Below, one piece after another: positions 8,528-17,171 of a stretch of 64,000 bases of DNA. Source of the DNA: Clostridia bacterium (GTDB lineage Bacteria; Bacillota; Clostridia; Oscillospirales; CAG-382); NCBI GenBank assembly GCA_017447445.1, contig JAFSNK010000021.1:39390-103389 (forward strand), written 5' to 3'. Within the stretch, counting starts at the first letter, position 1. Each line of letters opens with the position of its first letter. The translations under genes were made by a program, and so were the position numbers. The notes below the pieces were generated by a model, which had not been told where the DNA came from, made no database searches, and saw nothing but the letters and a program-made list of their open reading frames with translations.

Positions 8528-9841
8528 TCAGTCGAAATATACGTTATCGAGCCCGTCCTGCTTCGGTTTGTGCTGTTCGGGCTTGTTTTTCTTTTTGATA
8601 AGCTTGAAGGCGCATACGAATTCGGTCCCGTGCTCCTCGTCGCTGTTCACCGAAATAATGCCCTCGTTCATTTCGATAATATGCTTCGCGATGGAAAGCC
8701 CCAATCCGCTTCCGCCCATCTCGCGCGAGCGTGATTTGTCTACCCTGTAAAACCTTTCGAAAAGGTGGGGGATGCACTCTTTCGGTATCGGCTCGCCAGT
8801 GTTGAACACCGAAATATAAGCTTTGTCCGCTTCAGCGTAAACCTTGAGCCGAATAAGCCCGTTGTCGTTGGAGTATTTGTTCGCGTTGTCCAGAAGAATC
8901 ACTATCAACTGTTTAAGCGAGTTTTCGTCGCTTTTAACGGTTATATCGTGACCGATGTCGATATCAAGCGTTTTTCCGTTTTCAAAACATACGCTTTCAA
9001 ACGGAAGCGACGCCTCGTATGCCGCGCTGCTGAGGTCTGTTTCCGAAAGCACGGCTTTGGAATCGCTTTCGTCGGACTTGGCGAGATAAAGCATATTGCC
9101 GACGAGATCGGACATTCGCTCGGTCTCGTCTTTAATATACCCGAGCCATTTCCTTTGCTCTTCCACCGTTTCGCCGTTGTGCGAAAGGATTATGTCCGCG
9201 TTCGTGTTTATTACCGCCAACGGAGTTTTCAGTTCGTGGGATACGTCGGCGACAAGCCGCTTCTGCTGCTCCATAGAGCGCTGTACGGGCTTTACCGCGA
9301 TCCGTGCGACGACTATGCTTATCAAAAGAAACGCGGCAAGGGCGGAAAATCCGATTATCAGGGAAGTAACGATAAGCTGTTTAAGACTTTCGTCCTCGTA
9401 CTGCTTGTCCAAAAGCACGATCCGCTTGCCGAACATATTGTTCTCGTAATAATACCGCAATCGGTATTCTTCAAGCACGCCTTCGTTATCCGCTCTGCTT
9501 CGCACGGCGTTTATAAGACCGCTTATATATTCCTCCTGCTCGGACGTAAGGGTGGAGCCCGCGTCGGTGAAACCGATAATAATATACGTTCTTGTAAATT
9601 CGTTAAGGTCTATAACGAAAGCAGACGCCTGCGAACGGTTGCCTTTGTCGCCGCCGGTGTTGCCGAAGATCCTTTCGAACCTGGCGTTTTCGTCGTGAGC
9701 GATCTCGTGCATTGCGTTAATGCTGCTTTTCTCCAGATCTTTTGCGGAATACAAGCATATGGTGACGAACGTGAATACCAAGACCGTGGATATAAGAAGC
9801 ATATTCGTTAATATGAATTTTATACGAAGCTTTTTGATCAA
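8528..9841 (-). CDS. Sensor histidine kinase (HisKA + HATPase_c), membrane-bound
   Basis: H-box SHELKTPLAVI, N-box LLDNANKYS and G-box GGSGLGLSIAKHII, with two TM segments. The start is probably TTG 9841 (AAGGAAG 7 nt upstream), because the longer ORF would run through the response regulator gene. Confidence 0.85.
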   Translation of the reverse strand: MIKKLRIKFILTNMLLISTVLVFTFVTICLYSAKDLEKSSINAMHEIAHDENARFERIFGNTGGDKGNRSQASAFVIDLNEFTRTYIIIGFTDAGSTLTSEQEEYISGLINAVRSRADNEGVLEEYRLRYYYENNMFGKRIVLLDKQYEDESLKQLIVTSLIIGFSALAAFLLISIVVARIAVKPVQRSMEQQKRLVADVSHELKTPLAVINTNADIILSHNGETVEEQRKWLGYIKDETERMSDLVGNMLYLAKSDESDSKAVLSETDLSSAAYEASLPFESVCFENGKTLDIDIGHDITVKSDENSLKQLIVILLDNANKYSNDNGLIRLKVYAEADKAYISVFNTGEPIPKECIPHLFERFYRVDKSRSREMGGSGLGLSIAKHIIEMNEGIISVNSDEEHGTEFVCAFKLIKKKNKPEQHKPKQDGLDNVYFD

Positions 9842-9846
9842 GACCG

Positions 9847-10524
9847 TTACTTCCTTTGCATATCGAGATGATAACCTAATCTGCGTACTGTGGAAACCGT
9901 TACCTCCGAGCCGAGAAAAGCAAGCTTTTTGCGTATAAAGGAAACGTAGACCTCCACGTTGTTGTCCTCGGCGTCGGAAAGATAGCCCCATACCTTTGTA
10001 ATGATGTCATCTTTGGAAAACAACTGCGCAGGATTCGCCATAAGCAGCTTTAATATTTCGAATTCCTTATAGCCGAGATGGACCTTTTTGTCTCCGCAGG
10101 TAAGATCGTTGCTGTTCAGATCGAGCGAAAGGTCGCCGTAGGTCAGCTCGTCGAGTATCACTTCTCCCGTGCGGCGGGAAAGAGCGCGCACCCTTGCGAG
10201 CAGCTCGTCTTTTGAAAACGGTTTCGTAAGGTAATCGTCCGCGCCGTAATCGAGCCCGCGCACCTTGTCGCTCACCTCGTCGCGCGCGGTCAGCAGGATG
10301 ACGGGCGTATTTATTTTCTGTGCGCGAAGGCGCTTCAATACCTCGAACCCGTTCATCTTCGGAAGCATTATATCAAGCACTATAACGTCGTAAATGCCGG
10401 ACTCGGCGTAATGCAGGCCGTCCTCGCCGTCGTATACGCAATCGCAGTAGTATTTTTGCGAACGGAAGATCTCGCCTATACTGTCGGCAAGCCGCTTTTC
10501 GTCGTCGACTACCAGGATATTCAT
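9847..10524 (-). CDS. OmpR-family response regulator
   Basis: MNILVVDDE...DVIVLDIMLP...TARD...GADDYLTKPF receiver domain plus a winged-helix C-terminus (LTxxEFxIL, RRLGY). Confidence 0.9.
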   Translation of the reverse strand: MNILVVDDEKRLADSIGEIFRSQKYYCDCVYDGEDGLHYAESGIYDVIVLDIMLPKMNGFEVLKRLRAQKINTPVILLTARDEVSDKVRGLDYGADDYLTKPFSKDELLARVRALSRRTGEVILDELTYGDLSLDLNSNDLTCGDKKVHLGYKEFEILKLLMANPAQLFSKDDIITKVWGYLSDAEDNNVEVYVSFIRKKLAFLGSEVTVSTVRRLGYHLDMQRK

Positions 10525-10539
10525 ACTTTCCGCCCCCTT

Positions 10540-10586
10540 TTAAGTTTGATTATAAATGCAAAACTTAATTTCAACTTAAAACTTAA
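10540..10586 (-). promoter_or_regulatory. Promoter region of the two-component operon with four copies of heptamer TTAAGTT
   Basis: Minus-strand TTAAGTT at 10586-10580, 10579-10573 and 10568-10562. One inverted copy at 10540-10546. TATAAT (-10) on the minus strand at 10554-10549. Confidence 0.45.
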
Positions 10587-10608
10587 AAGGCGGAACGCTC
10601 CGCCTTTT
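10585..10608 (-). terminator. Rho-independent terminator after the Zn-ribbon membrane protein gene
   Basis: GGCGGA / TCCGCC stem flanked by A/T runs. On the minus strand the stem is followed by TTTTAAG. Confidence 0.6.
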
Positions 10609-10611
10609 GTT

Positions 10612-11697
10612 TTATTCGGCGTCTTCCTGCTCTTCCTTCGGGCCCGAAGAGGCGACGCTGATGGTTTCGACTTTAAGCGGCTCTTTCCTTGCAATGGATT
10701 TGTCGCGCAGGGAAAGCAGGAGTATCGCGGCGCAGACCGCCGCAAACATCGCGCTTATCGCTAAAAGCTTGTAGAAAACGCCGGATTGATCCGCAAACTG
10801 ATCCGCCGCGTCCGCCGGGATGGTGTTGCGAAGATGGATAAGCCAGAACGCCTTGTTTGAAAGCGCGGAGCAGGGATATACCGTGCCGGAGGGGTTGATC
10901 TTCAAAAACAGCAGCACGCTGCCGAGATACTGTCCCGCCGCAGTGAACAGAAGGGAAAAGACCGAAACGGAAATATACGCCGCCGCGCTGATCTTTTTGC
11001 AGAACAGACGGTAGCCGACAAACGCCAAAGCGGCAACCACGGCTCCCGCCGCGCAAACGATATAGCGGATATCGCTTGTGCCGTTCCCCATAACGGCGGG
11101 GCAAAGCCACCAATACATCGCTATGAACAATGCAGAACCGAGCAGCGCGAAAAGCGCGCTGCCGATTATGCCGGGAAGCACGCGCGCGTCCTTATGTGCG
11201 GATTCGGTCTTTGCGTTGTTGTATTCTTCAAGCGCTTCTATCGCGCAACGCTCGCACATAAGGTGCTCGTCACAGCCGTAGGTGACCTTTTTCGGCTTGC
11301 GCTTGCCGAACTTGTTTCCGCAGGAGGAACAGTATTCCACGCCCTTGATGTCGTGCTCTATAAGCATGGAAACGCATTTGTCGATAAGCTTAAGAAAAGT
11401 CGCGATACTGCCGCCGCAGACGACCTTAAGACCGTCTTCGCCAAGCTCGTAATCGGTAACTTCGAATTCCTCCGTCTCCGCGGAGAACTGTTCGGACATA
11501 TCATAGCGCTTTATAGCGTTTTCCTCGTTTTCGTTAAAACGGAAACTGAAATACGCCTTTTTCTTACCGCCGTCCTCATAAGCGGAAACAAGGTATCCGC
11601 CGTATACGGCGTAGCAGTGCGCGGATGCGGATTTTTCGCCGTCCGCGTAGGTAAAGCCGATATCCGAAAGCGCGTTTGCAAGATTCTTGGTTATCAT
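10612..11697 (-). CDS. Hypothetical protein: cytoplasmic N-domain, C4 zinc-ribbon, about 5 TM helices
   Basis: Start taken at MITKNL (GGAG 7 nt upstream). CSSCGNKF...CDEHLMCERC gives four Cys pairs. Hydrophobic helices fill the C-terminal half and the tail is acidic. I recognise no family. Confidence 0.55.
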   Translation of the reverse strand: MITKNLANALSDIGFTYADGEKSASAHCYAVYGGYLVSAYEDGGKKKAYFSFRFNENEENAIKRYDMSEQFSAETEEFEVTDYELGEDGLKVVCGGSIATFLKLIDKCVSMLIEHDIKGVEYCSSCGNKFGKRKPKKVTYGCDEHLMCERCAIEALEEYNNAKTESAHKDARVLPGIIGSALFALLGSALFIAMYWWLCPAVMGNGTSDIRYIVCAAGAVVAALAFVGYRLFCKKISAAAYISVSVFSLLFTAAGQYLGSVLLFLKINPSGTVYPCSALSNKAFWLIHLRNTIPADAADQFADQSGVFYKLLAISAMFAAVCAAILLLSLRDKSIARKEPLKVETISVASSGPKEEQEDAE

Positions 11698-11805
11698 TTT
11701 TACGCTCCGTAACGTTTTTTGTGATTTTTCAACTTTATAATAGCACAAGAAGATAATAATGTAAAGATTCTTTAATAAAAAAATGTATCAATTATCTTAT
11801 ATTAC

Positions 11806-11834
11806 TTGACAAAAACCGCGTGTAAATGTATCAT
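11806..11834 (+). promoter_or_regulatory. Sigma-A-type promoter for the GHL10 lipoprotein gene
   Basis: TTGACA (11806-11811), 17-nt spacer, TATCAT (11829-11834). Confidence 0.55.
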
Positions 11835-11872
11835 AGTATAAGCTAAAACGTTTGCATTCCGGAGGAAAACCG

Positions 11873-14800
11873 ATGATTCAAAAAAAATTTACCGCGCTGT
11901 TAGCCGCCGTACTTCTGCTGCTGCCGCTGCTGTTTGCCTGCGGCGGGGGAGGAAGCGAATCGTCCGCGGGCGAAAAGCTTGACCCGGGAATGGGTTTCGC
12001 GTTTAGCGTTACTTTCGGCAAAAATACGTTTACCGCCGAAAAAATGAATACGGAGGAATATCCCGAAAACGCCGTCGTTCTCTACACGCGCGACTATACG
12101 CAGAACGGAAAATATTCCGTAACGGCGCCGGGCGCGGAGGGCAGAACGCTTATAACCGTAGGTTTGCTCCGGAAAGGGAACAGCGACGAATTCTCCGTTA
12201 TAAAAAAGCAAAGCGGGCTTTCTTCCGCCGAAATACCCGTAAACGGCTTCGTGCTTTCGGTGCCGAACGCCGCGCTGGAAAACGTGCGCTGCGGCGAAGG
12301 GAGCATAGCCGAGGTGACCGGATACGATATGGCGGTCAACGGATACGAGGAACACTCCTACGCAAACTTTACCGTGACCGACAAGGGTCAGGTTTCCACG
12401 CGTCGTATAAATATCGTGGACCCGCTTTCCCCCACGCGTGAGAACAGGATATATCTTATCACCGAGGATTATCAGCTTGCCGCGCGGTTCCCCGCGGGCG
12501 CTACCGCGGTTACGCTTAAAAAGATCACCTCGCACGGCTACGAAATAACGGATATCGCTCCCGCAGCGGAGGAATCCGCGCCGCAGAAAGGCGAAGCAAA
12601 GCTGATCTACTGCGGCGATTACAATAACGCTTATTCGGAATACTATTTTAAGAAAGGCACGAAAATAATGCTTAATTCGCTCGACAAAGCAAACGGCTAC
12701 AGCGATATTCCTTCTATGGTAATAAACGGTCAGGTGATCGAATTCACCTCCGCAAACTCAAATCTGCAGAACGTTTCGGCGGGCGGCGTGTATTATTACG
12801 ACGTTGACTACGTTTCCCGCGTGACTCCCGCCGTAAACGGTATGCCCCGCAAAGATATCGTCGTCGTCGACGGCTACGTTGCTTCGGTATCCGGCGAAAA
12901 CGACCGCACCCTTATCCCGGACGGAAACGGATTCGTGCTGACTCTCGCGGGGGAGGAAGCCATGGAAAAATATTCCGGGATCAACGCCGGCGACCATACC
13001 GACACGTTTTATACCGATTTCGTTCCCACGGCGGAAAAATACGTTAAGATCGACGGCGCGACGTTTATTGTGGATATTATCGACGGACTTCGCCAGCCGG
13101 AAGGCGTTTGCGTACTCTACACGCACGATTTCGGCGCTTCTACCAAAACGAACCAATACGGCGCGGAGATCGTCGTCGCCGAAAACAAGGTCGTTTCCGT
13201 GGAGCTTAATAAGGGCGACGCGAGCATACCGGAAAACGGTTACGTTATAAGCGTTCACCGCGATAACGCCGCATATTACGCTGCGCTGGAAATAAAGGAG
13301 GGAACCGAAGCGACTCTTCATCTGTCCTCCGATTATTCGGTGAATCTGCTTGATTACAACGGTATGAACTCCGTGCGCCGCGAGGATCAGCTTATCGTGT
13401 ATAAAAACGCGAAGACCACCGGGACGAACGTTTACGGATACGAAATAATCGTCGACGCCGACGGAGTGGTAACGGGCGAAAGCTTTTCCGGAAACTCCGC
13501 GGTGCCGAAAGGCGGATTCGTGCTTTCCGGCCACGGCAAAAGCGCCGATCTGCTTAAAGAAATATACATACTCGGAGAAAAAGCCGCGCTCGATAAAAAA
13601 GCGAAAAAAGTTATAATAGTCCGCACTCCGGACCTTAAGATCACCGCCGCGTACGATAAATACAGCCGCGCTTCCGAAGGATACGAAAAAGCGCTGCTTG
13701 ATTTCGCAAACATCGATTATGCCGCGGTCAGCGAAAAACTCGGGCACGTGAAGTCGCTTCTTGAAGGCGCCGATGAATCATTAAAAGAATACGATTATCT
13801 CGCCGCCGCCTCGAAGGCGGACGAAGCAACGCTCGCGCTTAAATTCATCGATTACGATCTCATTCCGACCTACGCTTACGAAAACCGCGCGATGTGGTAC
13901 CGAAGCAACGAAAAGAACGACGATCAGGTGCGCGAAACTCTTGAAAAGATGAAATCGCTTAATGTCAACGCTCTTTATCTTGAAACATGGTACGACGGCA
14001 ACTGCGTCGGATTTGTAGACGTCGACGGAGTCGGACACCCCTCCGTGAACGGCGATTACGACGCTTTGGAAGCGTTTATACGCATCGGCAGGGAATACGG
14101 CATAGAAATACACGCCTGGGTAGAAAACTTCTTTGTCGGATACACGCAGGGTGACAGCTACACGAGCGAGCTGGCGCGTAAATTCTCCGATAAGCTGCTT
14201 TTGGACAAAAAGGGAAGGAACTACTTCTATTACCACGAAAACGCGTCCTTCGTCTTTCTGAACCCCTACGACAAGGAATGCCGCGACACGGTGCTTTCGG
14301 TATACCGCGAGCTCGTTACAAAATACGACCTTGCGGGCATACATCTCGACTACATACGTTTCCCGGAACTGAATTATATCGACGGTGTTTCTGATTTCGG
14401 ATATAACGAAGACATCATCGCCGGGTTCCGCGCCGAGACGGGTATTTCCGGCGACCCGCGCGAATTTGCAAAAAACAGCGCCGAGCAAAAGGCGTGGATC
14501 GATTTCCGCTGCGGCATCATTTCGAGCTTTGTAAAAGAAGTCCGCGACGCAGTGCTTGCGATAAAGCCGGATCTGTGGATCTCCGCCGCCACGTATCCCG
14601 ACGTAAAGATGGCGCACGATTCGATCTTCCAGGATATGAGCTCCTGGGCGAAGAACGGCTGGATTGACGAGCTGTTCTCCATGACCTACAGCGCCGATAA
14701 CGCCTACGTTCGCGAAGACGCGGGCGTATACGCGGGATTCTGCAACGGCAACTGCTTCTATTCCACGGGCATAGCCGCGTTCAGCGAGACCGAGCAGGGC

Positions 14801-15277
14801 AATTTTGCCCACCAGATGACCGAGGTGCGCGAATGCGGCGCGGACGGCGTGGCGATCTTCTCGCTTGCGAACATATATCCTTATACTTATCAGTACGAGA
14901 TACAGAAGGGCGCGTTCCGCGAACCGTCCGTGCAGAGTTATAAGTGCGAAGCGACCGTTGCAGCGGCTATGCGGCAGATGCAGCGCAAACTGAGTTGCCT
15001 TAAAGATATGTATAAGTCGATAACCGGCGAGCAGGCCGAAAAAATATCCGCGATCTGCGCGGACGTCCTGCAAGAAGCCGAAAAGTTCGGCGCCGCCGAT
15101 CCTTCGCTTGCTCAAAAAATAAAATACTGCGGCGATACGGTCGACCGCCTGAACGCTTTCGGTGAAGAAATAAAGAACGTCGCCGGAGACAACGCGGAAA
15201 CGCGCGACCTTTGCAAAGACGTCGATGCGCTGATCTACGTGCTGCAGCTTACCGCAAAACGACTGTCTGCGAGATAG
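11873..15277 (+). CDS. Large secreted lipoprotein with a C-terminal glycosyl hydrolase-like 10 (GHL10/DUF187, YngK-like) domain and four N-terminal repeat modules
   Basis: Lipobox LLFAC-GGG after MIQKKFTALLAAVLLLLP. The C-terminal half (NRAMWYRS...LNVNALYLETWYDG...GIHLDYIRFP) matches the GHL10 TIM-barrel pattern. The motif (I/V)P-x-(N/G)G(F/Y)V(L/I)(S/T) recurs four times in the N-terminal 560 aa. Confidence 0.7.
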   Translation: MIQKKFTALLAAVLLLLPLLFACGGGGSESSAGEKLDPGMGFAFSVTFGKNTFTAEKMNTEEYPENAVVLYTRDYTQNGKYSVTAPGAEGRTLITVGLLRKGNSDEFSVIKKQSGLSSAEIPVNGFVLSVPNAALENVRCGEGSIAEVTGYDMAVNGYEEHSYANFTVTDKGQVSTRRINIVDPLSPTRENRIYLITEDYQLAARFPAGATAVTLKKITSHGYEITDIAPAAEESAPQKGEAKLIYCGDYNNAYSEYYFKKGTKIMLNSLDKANGYSDIPSMVINGQVIEFTSANSNLQNVSAGGVYYYDVDYVSRVTPAVNGMPRKDIVVVDGYVASVSGENDRTLIPDGNGFVLTLAGEEAMEKYSGINAGDHTDTFYTDFVPTAEKYVKIDGATFIVDIIDGLRQPEGVCVLYTHDFGASTKTNQYGAEIVVAENKVVSVELNKGDASIPENGYVISVHRDNAAYYAALEIKEGTEATLHLSSDYSVNLLDYNGMNSVRREDQLIVYKNAKTTGTNVYGYEIIVDADGVVTGESFSGNSAVPKGGFVLSGHGKSADLLKEIYILGEKAALDKKAKKVIIVRTPDLKITAAYDKYSRASEGYEKALLDFANIDYAAVSEKLGHVKSLLEGADESLKEYDYLAAASKADEATLALKFIDYDLIPTYAYENRAMWYRSNEKNDDQVRETLEKMKSLNVNALYLETWYDGNCVGFVDVDGVGHPSVNGDYDALEAFIRIGREYGIEIHAWVENFFVGYTQGDSYTSELARKFSDKLLLDKKGRNYFYYHENASFVFLNPYDKECRDTVLSVYRELVTKYDLAGIHLDYIRFPELNYIDGVSDFGYNEDIIAGFRAETGISGDPREFAKNSAEQKAWIDFRCGIISSFVKEVRDAVLAIKPDLWISAATYPDVKMAHDSIFQDMSSWAKNGWIDELFSMTYSADNAYVREDAGVYAGFCNGNCFYSTGIAAFSETEQGNFAHQMTEVRECGADGVAIFSLANIYPYTYQYEIQKGAFREPSVQSYKCEATVAAAMRQMQRKLSCLKDMYKSITGEQAEKISAICADVLQEAEKFGAADPSLAQKIKYCGDTVDRLNAFGEEIKNVAGDNAETRDLCKDVDALIYVLQLTAKRLSAR

Positions 15278-15305
15278 AATTGCAGTCAAGATAAAACAGT
15301 ATAAG

Positions 15306-15337
15306 AAAAAGAGGCGCTCGCAAAAGCGCCTCTTTTT
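15306..15337. terminator. Bidirectional rho-independent terminator between convergent genes
   Basis: AGAGGCGCT / AGCGCCTCT stem flanked by A5 and T5. Confidence 0.8.
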
Positions 15338-15346
15338 ATTTGTTTT

Positions 15347-16501
15347 TTAGTGAACGATGACCTGCGCCGTTTCTTTATCGAATATATGGATACGGGAGGT
15401 ATCAACGGCGATCTTGATAACGTCGCCGGCTTTTGCGGTGGACTGGGAGGAAACGCGGGCGATAAGGTTGGTGCCTTCGGAAATGATGCCCTTAAGAGTT
15501 TCTTCGCCGCCGCCGATGTTAAGATAAAGATATATTTCGGCGCCCATAAGTTCGGTGAAATCGACCTTGGCTTCTATGATGGTATCCTTGAACTTCTCCA
15601 TATAAACGGGTTCGTCGTGAAGCAGTTCGGGACGGAGACCGGCGATAACGTCCTTGCCGATGTATTCGGAAAGGTTGCTGTCTTCGAATTTGGAGGCGGG
15701 AAGCTTAATGCTGATGCCGTTGAATTCGATGAAGCAGTCGTCCTGTCCTTTCGGCTTCGTAAGCTTGCAGTCGATGAAGTTCATCTGCGGAGTTCCGATA
15801 AACCCGGCAACGAAGATGTTGCAGGGATAATCGTAAAGGTTCTGCGGGGTATCGACCTGCTGGATAACGCCGTCTTTCATAACGACTATGCGGGAAGCCA
15901 TCGTCATAGCTTCGACCTGGTCGTGGGTAACGTAGATGAACGTGGTCTGCAGACTCTGATGCAGCTTGGTGAGCTCGGTTCTCATCGTAGCGCGGAGCTT
16001 GGCGTCCAGGTTGGAAAGCGGTTCGTCAAGAAGGAAGACCTTCGGTTCGCGGACTATTGCGCGGCCGAGCGCGACACGCTGTTTCTGACCGCCGGAAAGC
16101 GCCTTCGGCTTTCTGTCGAGCAGGTGAGTGATATCGAGTATCCTGGCGGCTTCTTCGACGCGGCGTTTGATCTCTTCTTTTCTGACTTTGCGAAGCTTAA
16201 GACCGAACGCCATGTTGTCGAACACGGACATATGCGGATAAAGCGCGTAGTTCTGGAACACCATCGCTATATCTCTGTCCTTCGGCGCAACGTCGTTTAT
16301 GCGTTTTTCGTCGATGAAAAGTTCACCTTCGGTGATTTCTTCAAGACCGGCGATCATACGCAGTGTAGTTGTTTTACCGCAGCCGGAAGGGCCGACGAGG
16401 ATAACGAATTCTTTATCCTGGATATCAAGGGTAAAATCGGATACCGCGGTCACTCCGCCGGGATATCTTTTGTAAATGTGCTTGAATAATACACTTGCCA
16501 T
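15347..16501 (-). CDS. msmK: Sugar ABC transporter ATP-binding protein (MsmK/UgpC/MalK type), not adjacent to permeases
   Basis: 384 aa with Walker [10 protein letters not shown], signature LSGGQKQRV, Walker B FLLDEPLS and a MalK-like C-terminal regulatory domain. Confidence 0.85.
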   Translation of the reverse strand: MASVLFKHIYKRYPGGVTAVSDFTLDIQDKEFVILVGPSGCGKTTTLRMIAGLEEITEGELFIDEKRINDVAPKDRDIAMVFQNYALYPHMSVFDNMAFGLKLRKVRKEEIKRRVEEAARILDITHLLDRKPKALSGGQKQRVALGRAIVREPKVFLLDEPLSNLDAKLRATMRTELTKLHQSLQTTFIYVTHDQVEAMTMASRIVVMKDGVIQQVDTPQNLYDYPCNIFVAGFIGTPQMNFIDCKLTKPKGQDDCFIEFNGISIKLPASKFEDSNLSEYIGKDVIAGLRPELLHDEPVYMEKFKDTIIEAKVDFTELMGAEIYLYLNIGGGEETLKGIISEGTNLIARVSSQSTAKAGDVIKIAVDTSRIHIFDKETAQVIVH

Positions 16502-16628
16502 TTGAAACCTCCTGTGAGGGTAAACTCCTCATAATCTTTATATATAATACCAAATTAAACGCAAATATGAAAGTGGTTATTTACCCAAAATTTCGCGCCT
16601 TTGTTTAGGTATTTTGCATAATAACACA

Positions 16629-17117
16629 CTATTTTGCGTTATTTTCATAATTCCGCAATCCGCGTACGAATCCGTTTTCGCCCGGACAGCATACGTCGGC
16701 GGCGATGATTCTTTCGTTGCGGACGATGAGCGTGGCGTAAAGCTCTCCTTCGCAATCGCAGCCGTTCTTTATTTTAAAGGTATACGCCGTGGCGTCCTTT
16801 CCGGCGTAACGCTTAAGATTCAAGCCCTGCGCGCGCTGGATCTCGTTGTAGCGTTCGAAAACGCTGTTGAATTCTTCCGGAACGGTAAGCTCCAGCATTT
16901 CCGCGGGTGTTTCCTCCGTTTCGTATCCGAACGATTTAAGAAATTCGCGCATATCGGCTTCGTCCGTTATATGGTTATAATCGATATTCACGCTTGCCGC
17001 GTCGGTTTCCGCGCCGACCGCCGGAAGTATCGCTATAAGCGCCGCCATAACGGCGACGGCAAGCGCGAGCGCGGCGAAAAACTTAAGTCCCGATGCCTTT
17101 ACCGTACATACAAACAT
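16629..17117 (-). CDS. DUF4830-like small membrane-anchored protein
   Basis: 162 aa with an N-terminal TM. The pattern ...FLKSFGYE...PEEFNSVFERYNEIQRAQGLNLKRYAGK... is what I associate with DUF4830 proteins of Clostridia. Confidence 0.5.
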   Translation of the reverse strand: MFVCTVKASGLKFFAALALAVAVMAALIAILPAVGAETDAASVNIDYNHITDEADMREFLKSFGYETEETPAEMLELTVPEEFNSVFERYNEIQRAQGLNLKRYAGKDATAYTFKIKNGCDCEGELYATLIVRNERIIAADVCCPGENGFVRGLRNYENNAK

Positions 17118-17171
17118 TCGTAAACGCTCCTTGATATAATCTTGTTCAATTATATCATACTCCGCCGCGTT

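Noticed and set aside
11880-11887. A8 homopolymer in codons 3-5 of the GHL10 lipoprotein gene as a phase-variation switch
   Set aside because: Eight residues is short for slipped-strand switching, and the run simply encodes KK in a typical basic signal-peptide n-region.
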